Source: Aplysia californica
Lineage: Eukaryota
Reading direction: 5' to 3'
DNA length: 64,000 nucleotides
Assembly: GCF_000002075.1 (NCBI RefSeq)
Contig: NW_004797885.1
Location: 115,274 to 179,273, forward strand
A model generated the notes under the pieces. It saw nothing but the letters and a program-made list of their open reading frames with translations, made no database searches and was not told the DNA's origin. A program made the translations under genes and the position numbers. This document shows, piece by piece, positions 39,684 through 50,322 of this stretch; the stretch's first letter is position 1, and the number at the start of each line of letters is the position of its first letter.

Positions 39684-39920
39684 GAAAACTACAGGGGAAA
39701 AAACTGGTGATGTCATATTTTTCTACAAACTGAAATTTTAGACTTCCTGTTTCTTTCATGTGTATAATTTTTTAAACTGTTTTTGTTCTATCGTTGAAAT
39801 ATTCACTTAGTGGTTTTTTAGACAAGAGTCATTTTTATATTGTTTTCATTGTTGCATCGTGAAGACTTGAAGAAGACGACTATGATTTTGACATCACCAG
39901 TTGTTTCTTCTGTAGCCTTC
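39684..39920. mobile_element. Inverted-repeat MITE-like element
   Basis: About 32-bp imperfect IR: GAAAACTACAGGGGAAAAAACTGGTGATGTCA vs TGACATCACCAGTTGTTTCTTCTGTAGCCTTC. Confidence 0.7.
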
Positions 39921-40003
39921 AATTGTAATATTATGTTATGAGGAAATAAATGTGCCACAAAGAACAATCACTGAAAAGACTTGATGGTTTTGATGTTTCT
40001 TTC

Positions 40004-40009
40004 TTTATT
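40004..40009 (-). terminator. Candidate polyadenylation signal (AATAAA) of RPUSD3-like gene
   Basis: About 10 nt downstream of the TGA stop. Confidence 0.5.
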
Positions 40010-40018
40010 ATGCTATTG

Positions 40019-43000
40019 TCAAGAGTGGTGAAATAGTTTCTCGCTGAAGAGGCCGAGACACTTGAGGGTGGACAGGAAGTGTGAGGGGGGTGTGGCAGTG
40101 ATGGCGAGAGGCGCAGCCGCTCTGCGTGGGAACTGGGTCAGATTGACTTGGTGCCGGTGGAGAAACAGGCGAGATCGGTCAACTGGTGAGAGGCTGAGGT
40201 CGGAGGTCAGGCAGGCCTGTAGTTTGGCTGGAAGTCTCTAGTGAAGCAGAAGACAAAAAGAGGATTGCACGGAATGAGCTTCATATATATGGATGAGCTA
40301 TAACCCCAGGGGTTAAAAAGTCACAGTAACTTCTATTAATAAAGTAATATTTAATCATGTATAAACACACTCAGTCAAAAAAATCTGTACAGGTTTGATG
40401 CCCCTTTCAACATTGTAAAAAGAATTGACCTCCAAATTTAACATCCATCTCTAATGGGACTTTTTCATAGTAAGTCCAATGCTGTACCACGTAACAAGTA
40501 AGCACAGGGCACAAGAATGCATTTTTTTAAAAGTCATCTCACTATCCCAAAACTAAGTCACAAGTGTGCCCCAAAATTGGGATTGCGTTTCGGAGAATGT
40601 TTTGCCTGCCATTGCCTTATACAATCGCAGCACTTGCTTTTTTAGTGCCTCATGATCAATGAGGAGACTTCGGTAGAGCTTTTTTGAGAGGTCATCAAGT
40701 CATGTGAGGACAACAGCAGGGTTTGCTGTTTTCAGAGGTAGATTATTTGTTCTCAATAATCAACCCAATTTTTACTAATTTTTGACAGGAGGCTTTATTC
40801 CCAACCCCCTGTCCTCTCCTTCCCCCCATCCCTTTTCCTCTTTAAAATACTAGTGACTTTTGGACAGCAAGTTAATTAAGAAAAATTACATAAGCATATT
40901 TAATATATCAGTGCAGTACATATACACTAAAAGGTGACTTCAAGGTATATCCAACTGTAGGAAATTAGTGAGGTATTGGCAGGTTTGAATCCATGAGTCT
41001 ACTTTTTGCCTTTTAAAATCTAGTCATGTTTCTTGAGTTGAAAAGGTCAAATAATTATTATAAAGAAATTATATATATATATATCTCGTATATACCTGTG
41101 GACCGGGAGGAGCGGCGAGTGGACTGGTGGGGAAGGGTGCCCCCATCACAGTGTGTGTGCGGGCAGAGTACTTGGTGTCTCCCAGCACGGGGCTCAGGTA
41201 GTAGCTCAAGATGGCCTCCAAAGCCCCCCACTTGTCTGATGGGAATACACAAATAATAATAATAGTATTAAATAGCATTTGTATAGCGCATATCCCCACT
41301 CGAAAGCAAGCTCTATGCGCTTTACACTATATTATTACCCCCAGCAGACCACAGAACACTCAGAAACATTCTCAGCTTCCCGGGAAGCATACAGTGCAAG
41401 CAGTTGGTTAAGTGCTCAAAGACTAAGAAACTGGCCAGATCTTTCACTGTCTATAGCTGGGTACCCATTCTCACCTGGGTGAAGTGGGGAAATTCGTGTA
41501 AAGTGCCTTTCCCAAGGACACAACGTCGGGCCCATGGCTCGAATCCCCGAACCTGCAATCTCACGATTACGAGTCCGGTAGCCTAACCACTAGACTACCG
41601 ACGCCACAAACAAAAACAGTGCTTTTGTAGCAGCCATTGTTAAAAGTGGGTGAGTGACAGGCGCTCTGGTGAGGCTTGCTTTTTTTTCAAACATCTACCT
41701 TCCTTAACCCTATCCGTATAGTGCCCTGGAGTCATTTTGTACCCCCAGGGTTGTATTCTTCACATTTTAGAATATTTCTAAAGCTAAGATCTCTTTGAAC
41801 CTTTCAATATTTCCCAAAAAATAATTTTGACAGACTACTATGCAAAGCGTACGGATCGGATTAACGAGTAAATTTCGTCTTTGGAAAGTGGTGTCACCGA
41901 GTTCCCCACGTCGTATGGATACGATAGCAAAACAAGATGTACAGATAGGGTTAACATATCTCTTGTCAATCATTTTTTTGTATGTTACTTTCTAGTAAGA
42001 CCTCTAATCTTTGGCACTTACCATGACCTTTTTGTGTTGTGTAAGCTGTAAAACTCTTAGAAGAACTAAACTAGGACTGTTGTTGACAGATAAAAGAGAA
42101 AACTACTTGATCCATTCCTGGAGGCAGCGCTGTTGTATTATTACAAGCGTGATTATACAAATTAAATATAAATTGATGATAATTTCAGAGAGAAGCATGT
42201 TTGAGCTGGTTGCTGTGGAGAAGCACCTACTTACTAAGCCAGTGTTAAAGCTAATGTAGATTCCTGGCCTGTGACAACAAATTTAAATCATAAATATTTC
42301 AAAAAGAAAAAGAAAGAAAAGACATTGATCCTTGCTAAGAGATTTGTTTCTCGAAATAAATGCATATCAATAGCATAACGTCACAAGCAGAAAAAATGCA
42401 TGACCTAACCTTGACCGAGGATTAAGTTTGTCTTGATCAAGGGCACACCCTGTGGCCACCCAACTACCCACAATTTCCAGTTGAGTAGGCCAGTGAAAAC
42501 TACAAAAGAAGTAGTCATTCTTGCACACATCTCAGACATCAGACATCTATTACACAAATTTTCTCAAAATTTCCGCCACACAGAAGAAAAAGTAAAAAAA
42601 AAGAAAAAAGCATCACAGCTCACCTTTGTTCACAGTGACCCTAACCAGGGCAGCTCCAAGGTCTGAATTTATAGCCAGAGGCTCAACTGTGTGGGGCAGA
42701 AGCATCATCTTTCCATCTTTACGAGCAGACTGGCTGCCTTTCTCATGGATCACACTCTGGAAAGGAAATCAACACTAGACAGGAGACTGCATCATGCTGT
42801 AAGTGTATGCAGACTTTTGTTTCCATAGTGTAGCCATTATTATTTTACCCTCAGGGCGAAACGTTGAACTTTACAGTGTTTTATTGAAATTCTGCAGTCT
42901 TCACTAATTTTTCGCCTTTTTAAAATCTTTGAGCTTACAATCAGACATGAGACTGAGGTGACATCTTTGCAAACTTTTGAGGTGAAGTGCAGATGTTGGA

Positions 43001-46000
43001 CAGTGAGTGCTCACCTGCCGATACCTTGAGAGAAGAGGAAGATGAATTAACTCACAAAACTAACATGTGATCATACATGAGAAACCGACTGAAAAAATAA
43101 AAACACTGAATCCGAGAGAGTTTAAAGGTAACCCTTCTCCTTTCAGCGCAGTACTTTCTTACTTCTCTAAAATAGCCCCCAGGTCTTGTGGGGCTGGTCT
43201 TTTAAGTAAAATTGCTCGACCCATCCCATATCTGAAACTGAAACAGTTATGAATAAGTTGGCCTTGAGCTAAGAATTTTTTTTAACGAAAAAATCCTTTT
43301 CAAGATTGTCACTTTCAAATGCCCATTTCTGGGACAGACTAGAATAAGAAAACCAAGGGCAATTCATCAATTATATTACAAAATTAGCAGGGAAATACTT
43401 TAAAAATAATTTTAGTTAAAGTTTTACTGCACTTGCAAAACAATAAGGTCATATAAGTGCCAAAGATTAGATGTGTTACAAGAGAGAAACAAACACAAAA
43501 TAGAAAGAGGGGAGATAAAGACGATAGATGTCTGATAGGAAAGAAGGAGCAAACCACACCAGAGCACCCGCCAACCACCTACCGGGAAATATTTTAAGAG
43601 AACAAGATCTTACCATTTCTAGTCCATGTAAAGATTCACGAGCAACACAACTATGGAGTGGTACACCATAAACACACTGAGGTATCCCCACTGTGATAGC
43701 ACTGGGGGAAAAAGACATTAACCCCAGAGTAAGATTATAGTCATGGGATAATATCATAATCATATTCATTTGAAATACTAAGAAACCCTTTGACATTTCT
43801 TAAAATACTCAACAATTTTACATATATCTGTTATGCTAAACAGAAAGAAAAAAAACCCACAAAACAAAAGCACAAACAAAAATACAGAGGCACACTATAA
43901 TCATAAACCAAGAAAAGTATAAAAAGCTGCGTTTATTCCACCTAACAAGCAGTTTCAAAAAGTCCTCTCATTCAACTTTTAACGAAGTACTATCAAGAGT
44001 AGAAACAAACTACAGAAAACGTTCCTACAACTAGAACCAATACAAAAATCACTTCAAACAGGGTTACTTGGTGACTTCTTTTAAATTTCAAAGGACAAGT
44101 TGCAACAACTGGCTCAATATTAACCTCCTCAACCCTCTCATCATGAAACAGAAGTACTGAAAATAACTTAACTAGAAACTTTTACATCTGTGGAATTTTT
44201 AAACAGTGGTACATTATTAATAATCAATGAAAGCCCGTCAATTTCTTTCAATTCAATAAACAGACATTGTACTTACAGATAAGACATGAACAGTACTTTC
44301 TGTGCTGCTGCCTTTGACAGAAATTTGTCCAAACTGGCCTTTGATTCACTTGTTTTACTGAGTAGCACAACACCGCTGTAGAAGCTGATTTAGAATCGAA
44401 ACATTAAGCACAAATAAATCAGAAATTACAGAGACCAAATACATTTTCTACAGAAAGTGGCTGAACTGTTATTATCCCAGTAGGCCTTAGAGCATGCAGA
44501 ACCATTCTCAGCTTCCTGGGAAGCAGCTGATTAAGCGCTCAAACACTATCAATCTCACTAGTTCTTTCTTTGTTTTTGTGCTGTGTATTTTCTTGAGCTT
44601 TTTGAACTATCATTTTGATGAGTCCAGAGCGCTGCGTTCTGTACCAATGGTACTACCACGTGGATATGGAAATGATTCTGAGTCATCATAGAGACTCTAT
44701 TCCTTTCCTTACTGAGTGTAATTCAAAGCAATCATACCAATGTCCTTGGAGACAGTTTGCCCACTTGCACAATGTGTAAACCTCTTCCTTCACATCATTA
44801 TTGTGGAGACCACACAATTGTTACACTGACCTCTACAGTGACTACAGCGGCCATCATCTTAGCCGTAACTCTTTCACTGCCTGGCCAGAGATTATCTTGG
44901 GCTCTTTGGAAGGATTATAAAACTACTCAGGCAATAAAATTGTTAAAGATAACTCACTGCATAATGTGACAGTCATTGCACTACTTAGGAGTCTTTCACT
45001 AAAACACTGTAGCTTACAGGAAAAGAGACCTTGTCATTAAAAGTCAAAATAGAAAATGATACACAGCAATACATTATTTGGTTTCTTAACAATACATAGT
45101 GAGAATCGAGAAGATCAATGTCTCGGAAGTCTGAAAGTTTCAAAACACAACAGACTAGTGCAGGAAAAGTTTGTTAGCATATACAACCAAAGCATTCTTT
45201 AAGTAATTTTTAAAATATGAGACAATAGGATCTATAAATTCAAGGGTGCAAAAGAGGAAAAAAATCTATTTACACAAACAGTTAAATTATCTAAAATTGA
45301 TCATGAAATTCATAATTGACAATACACATATCATATATTTACCTCTTTAAAGACAGACCAATTTCCAAGTCTGAACATCCAAAATTGACAGCCAAATCTG
45401 GTAAAAGTTGAGATACAGACTCTGTGGCAGTATCTGCATTGTCTTTAGAATCTTTTCTTTCTTCTTCTGCATAGTTGCTTTTCCCTGAACATAAAAGAAA
45501 CCATTTCAAGAATCATTAAACAATCAAGGTGATTGACAAGTAATCCAGAACTAGGCATCATATTATTTGAACAAATAAGGCCACTTTGTCTTTGACAAGA
45601 AAAGAAAAAAAAACTTTATAAAAAGCCATATTAAGCATAGGCCTAAATATGAATTATCATTCCCTTTCTTGACTCTAGACGGAGACATGAGTCATCACAT
45701 TGAACATTTACATTTTCCCTCCATTCATAAAAATCAAAACCTTATCAAAAACTATTAATTTGAAGTGACGAACAAAAAAACTATTTAAGAGGAGAAAAAG
45801 GTCAACAAGTATTCTACTATACCGGTAATAAAGAGGGCTTTGATATAGCGATTGCTGTTATTGTTGTTATTGATCCAGCAACAGCTGTGCTCTTGCCCTT
45901 TTGTTCAATGCCATGTAGTGACAAACTCAGGTTTGCTGCAGTTGCTAAATGTTCTATAGAATGTGTTGTCAATATTAGGTCTCATAGAGAGAAGTATAGC

Positions 46001-48316
46001 TCAGATGCCATTTAGGATTGTGCAGTGGAACAGGTGACAATCCACAGTCTCATATGTTTTGTCACACAAAGGACATGTTGGGGGAAGTACAGGTTTTATT
46101 CTGTTTAAGTGGAATTTGAGTTGTATATGTTATGTTAGCAGGCGGAAGATTGTGATCTGCTCCTTTCTCTGAAGGTGGTAGATATTGTCATTCGACATAG
46201 CAGTGAAGAACAAGTTTCAAGTGTGGTCTACCAAGGAGGAGGAACAACCTCCATACAAAGAACTCCAAGTGGAGGAAAAATGGAACAACGTAAGTGTTAT
46301 TGGACAAGGGTATACTAGGATGTCTCAGGAAAAGAGAGAGAGCTAGTATGAGCTGTAGATCTCCTTAAGAATAAAATTCAGTGTAAATATCAAGTCAAAA
46401 CAAGATTTTGATTCTACTGATGACTCAACATAGAACTTTCCTTCTTCAGCCATAACCAAGTGAAATGGAAAACGGACATCTCTTACAAGGTGGAATGCAA
46501 TATTGAACGCCATATCCACTGCATCAAAAATAAGTCCTCAGGACAATTACACCAGGAGTGACTCTCGTCACTCTTCAGCAGAAAGGACATGGAATCTTTC
46601 ACCTGCATAGAAAATGTCATCAACAAAAAAGGAGGAACTGACAAGGATATCAAGGTGAGGATCTAAACGGCAAGGGCAGCCTTTAGTATGATACGAAATG
46701 TCCAAAGAATTGAGTAAGAGTGTGAAGCTAAGGCTATTCAATAGTGATGTAAAATCTGTTCTGAAGTATGGAACAGAGACCTAAAGACAAACAATTGATG
46801 TAGAGAGGAAGCTCCAAGCCTTCATCAACGTAATATTGCCGAGTGAGATGGACAAATGTGAAGGCAATGGGAGAAAGGAACGATGCACATAGCAGACATC
46901 CTTGGAGAGGACTTGTTGATGGCCTAATTTTCTCAGAGAATTAAAAGCCAAGCCAGAGACATCCTTTCTTGTACTTGATTACAAGTAACATACAGTGCTG
47001 AGACACTAAAGTTAAAGAAATGACACACATACAAGTACTGTAATAAAGAGTTAAAAATGATAACAACATGTATGACCCATACCCGTACAATGTTTAAAAA
47101 AAAAGACAAATAAGCCTATTTAGAGTTCCATGATTATAAAGAAAAACAAATTGACAAAATTTGTAAAAACTTACCATAGACTGAAAAATACTGTGGTTTA
47201 TTGAGAGCAAGTACATTTTCTGAAAGGAAAAAAAAAAAAGAAGCATACTCACTGACTTATTCCATACAAGGACGAAAAAAAAATGTTTTAAAGTCATGAA
47301 CAATCCCAGAATATTACTCTAATTCAATATATATATATATATGTCAAGATGTGTTTATCATTGTAATATTGATCAGTAGCCGGGGAAAATAAAATGTGTT
47401 CCGTTTGTATTTCTTCTGACATTCCATGCCCGGACTGTTTGTATCCCCTACTAAAGAATGACTCATCACTTGTCGGATAACATCAAAGAACTTTTAATAA
47501 TTCAACGGGGATACAAGAGATGACGACATCAACTGAAATGAAATGGAAAACACAAGACGGTGATGTAGAACGGAATGAAATGATGAGTGATCGCACTGAC
47601 AAATAAAACTAGATCTACACGCATGAGTCCCCGAGGGGCGCAGAGTGATGACGATGATGATAGGGCATGAACTGATGAATAACACTAATAATACAGCTAC
47701 ACCTACCCCCATCCCCCCAGACACACACAGCCACACGTCATACATGTACTGGCCGCCCTTCTGACCCCGATACACGCTAAGACATCATGGAACACATGTG
47801 TTGGTATGAAAGGAGGCTGCTGATTGGTCACATAGAACAGTCCACCCTGCAAGTGACTTCGTTGAATCTCAACTTACTCATTTACGTGTTCATTGAATCC
47901 GAGGTATTTTGATTGATTTTTATATGCATTAAAATGCCAAAAATCGGGGAATCCAACTCCTTTAGTTAAGTCCCAGTTTTCATGGAATGAATCCGAGTTT
48001 GTTGAAACTGAGCCACATCCCCCCCCCCCCCCCCCCTATTTTTTTATGGTACCCCAAACCACACACACATAAACTCACCGTCTTCATAGATGACCTGACA
48101 AGAGATATTGCTGTCACTGCCGGACAGGGCCCTGGTCGAGGAGTTTCCCCTGTGCCTGTCTTTTACTTTTGCCTGTTGTCTGCAACATCCCCTGGTTAGA
48201 CCAGTGTGATGAGTGTGCAAGGCGCAGGTCTTCCATATAGCAACACCAACTGGATAATAATTAACTGGATTGTTCAAAGAAAAACCACGGAGTAACGAAC
48301 ACATTATCTTCGACAT
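40019..48316 (-). CDS. RPUSD3: RPUSD3-like mitochondrial RluA-family pseudouridine synthase (probably catalytically inactive)
   Basis: Minus-strand phase-consistent exons 48316-48079, 47219-47175, 45484-45343, 44384-44277, 43701-43614, 42756-42624, 41235-41096, 40237-40019 (TGA). Motifs: VIYEDENVLALNKP, SQLLPDLA, LSLKSFYSGVVLLSK (HRLD position altered), YLAITVGIP, LSPVLGDTKYSAR, LFLHRH, ITATPPSHF. A possible extra 8-nt first coding exon 48565-48558 would add MSRTK in frame. Confidence 0.85.
41251..41605 (-). mobile_element. tRNA-derived SINE with ATT-repeat tail (L2-like 3' end)
   Basis: Minus strand: A box TAGTCTAGTGG, B-box-like GATTCGAGCC, core GTGTCCTTGGGAAAGGCACTTTA...CACCCAGGTG...AATGGGTACC, tail GCGCTATACAAAT...(ATT)n; fragment at about 44467-44555. 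Confidence 0.85.
41708..41950. mobile_element. TTAA-flanked piggyBac-type MITE nested in a retroposon copy
   Basis: TTAA at 41704-07 and 41951-54; TIR CCCTATCCGTA / TACAGATAGGG; host repeat continues on both sides. Confidence 0.85.
43410..43585 (-). mobile_element. Retroposon family A copy
   Basis: Reverse complement closely matches 1340-1520. Confidence 0.8.
45880..46200 (-). mobile_element. I/Nimb-like LINE ORF2 C-terminal remnant
   Basis: Minus-strand translation EQITIFRLLT*HIQLKFHLNRIKPVLPPTCPLCDKTYETVDCHLFHC (CCHC zinc-knuckle region). Confidence 0.75.
46210..46955 (+). mobile_element. Fragmented RTE-clade LINE remnant
   Basis: Translations ARAAFSM, VKLRLFNSDVKSVLKYGTET*, RKLQAFIN, WRGLVDGL with stops and deletions. 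Confidence 0.75.
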
Positions 48317-48539
48317 TTTGGTTCTTGTACGTGTTAGTGTTAGTCACAGTCACAGAGAATCTACTTTCACTTTCACATTGAACATTGACATTGGCATGGG
48401 CATGAGAAACAGAGGAATATCCAGAAGAAAACGGCAAGAAAGAATTTTGCTGGTAGAAATATATCTACGCTGGGTAATTCTATAATAAGAACAGAATTCC
48501 AATCAAGCCCAAGAAAGGTTTTAAGTGTCGTGTCTCTTG

Positions 48540-49020
48540 GGGAAAGGAAAAGGCTACCTTGACATCCGAGCAACCAACGGCGGAAGAAAAGTACCGGGAA
48601 TTTTAGGGAATACCCACTATGCTAAAAATATAATCAGTGCAATTTCTTAAAACTTGGCCCAAACTTAGCAAACAATTTTAATATATAAAAAAAACCCAAC
48701 ATATTTTTTGTTGATGTTGTCATTGTTGTTGTTGCAATTGTGTTGACTGTTATGATCATCATCCATTATATATTTTGTCAGAATATAAAAGAGTTTCCAT
48801 TCGAAATCGCATAGATCTAGATTCTAGCCTAGTTCTATTTTTTAAAGAACAGAAGCTTGCTAGAAGGGTCAAAGGTTATAGTGCAGTAAACAACAAGAGA
48901 TGCAAATTGCAATCCTTTGGTTCATGTTCATGGTTTCACAAGCACGTACACCTCCGCCTCCGACCGAAGCTTTCAAGAACGTGCGGAAATCTTCTTCCGA
49001 TAATGGTATTGTTTGTGGTT
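48540..49020. promoter_or_regulatory. Candidate bidirectional promoter of RPUSD3-like (-) and PEX26-like (+)
   Basis: Head-to-head genes; CpG-containing patches with CGGAAG/CGGAAA ETS-like motifs; candidate first-intron donors at 48557 (-) and about 49006 (+). Confidence 0.45.
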
Positions 49021-49030
49021 CGTAAAAATA

Positions 49031-49155
49031 CTAGAATCTAGATTCTAAATCTAGATCTAGATTAGATCTAGATCTAGATCTTCTAGATCTAGAATCTAGA
49101 TATAAATCTAGAAGTTTGAAGGAGGTGTGTTTGTCCGTTGTCTAGATATCTAGGC
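49031..49155. repeat. Dense cluster of TCTAGA/AGATCT palindromic units
   Basis: CTAGAATCTAGATTCTAAATCTAGATCTAGATTAGATCTAGATCTAGATCTTCTAGATCTAGAATCTAGA... Confidence 0.9.
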
Positions 49156-50236
49156 CCTTTCTATTTCTATCTAAAATCAAGTTCTCGCAGGGGCAGGGGT
49201 TTAATTAAGATAAATAACTCTTATCAGCCAGACTTGATTTCACTGATTTTCCTGAACACTCAGAACTAAATCTGCGCTGTTGTGCAGAATTAGTGTAAGT
49301 TTTGGTATCTCAAACAATTTTGGAATAAGATTTATCAGTGATTTTGTAGTTCTGTTCGTTAAACTAAAGTCCAAGCTGAACGCCAGAGACCCTGAATTGC
49401 CAGGTAATCGTTGAGGAGTGATCTAGCCTAAGCATGACACTGGTAGGAAATGCCAGAAAATCAAAATTCAATCAAAGAATGGCGCTTTTTCGGCAGTTCC
49501 CACCCCCAATGAGAACTATTATTCGCCGGTTTGGGCCCCAAAAGTAAAAGTCAAGAGTAGGGCCGAGGCCCCCCCTGACCTAATAAAAAAATCTTGAGGG
49601 GGATCCGAGGGGTTCAGGGGTTCAGGTGGGCATTCCCCTCTGAATTTTGACATAATTTGGTGTTTAGCAGTTAGGTTGCATCCCTGTATTTTGTGTTGCC
49701 TATTTGGTCATCAAGACTTCCGGATTTTTTCTCTGGATGTAAGCAAATGGATTGTGGACTTTAACGAACGGAACCACAAGATCACCGATTTATCTTGTTC
49801 GTCATATTATCCATACACATGCGTTTAAATATAGAATGACGCATCTTCCTGATTGGCTGCTAATTTTAGTAATGTAATGTCATCACTCCTGGGATACCCA
49901 CAGACTATTTTAAGAAGGCCCTAAGCACATTTCGGAATTCCTAGATCTAGTAGGGCCTACTTGGACGTGATGGAAGATCGCTTAGATCGTTGATGCTCAG
50001 AACAGTAAGAACTCTGATGCTTGAAATTGAAGGAGCACAGTAAACGCAAAGACAATAAACTGCACGAAAACTGCCGTAAAGACGCTTGAGGATTTACCGC
50101 CCCCGCCCCCCCCCCTCCTGCCTGCTACATCACTACATGCATAAAAAACTACAAAGCAACAAATTATTATTTATGGGAAAAACTGTTGGTCAGTCAGGAG
50201 GAGGAGAAGAGGAAAAAAACCCCGAAAAAAACAAAC

Positions 50237-50322
50237 TTCCAGGACCGGGATTCGATCCCACGCTCTTAAAAAAACTTGTATGACTTCAAACGCAGACGCG
50301 CTGTCATTTTGGCCACCAGAAC
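50237..50322 (-). pseudogene. Degenerate tRNA-like sequence (Ser/Leu type with long variable arm), probably within a mobile element
   Basis: GTTCTGGTGGCCAAAATG...CTGCGTTTGAAGTCA...GCGTGGGATCGAATCCC; stems broken, internal T7 run. Confidence 0.55.

Noticed and set aside
44558-45020. Coding-looking stretch in an RPUSD3 intron
   Set aside because: Stops in the frames examined, no recognisable motif, not needed for the gene model; may be a decayed TE.
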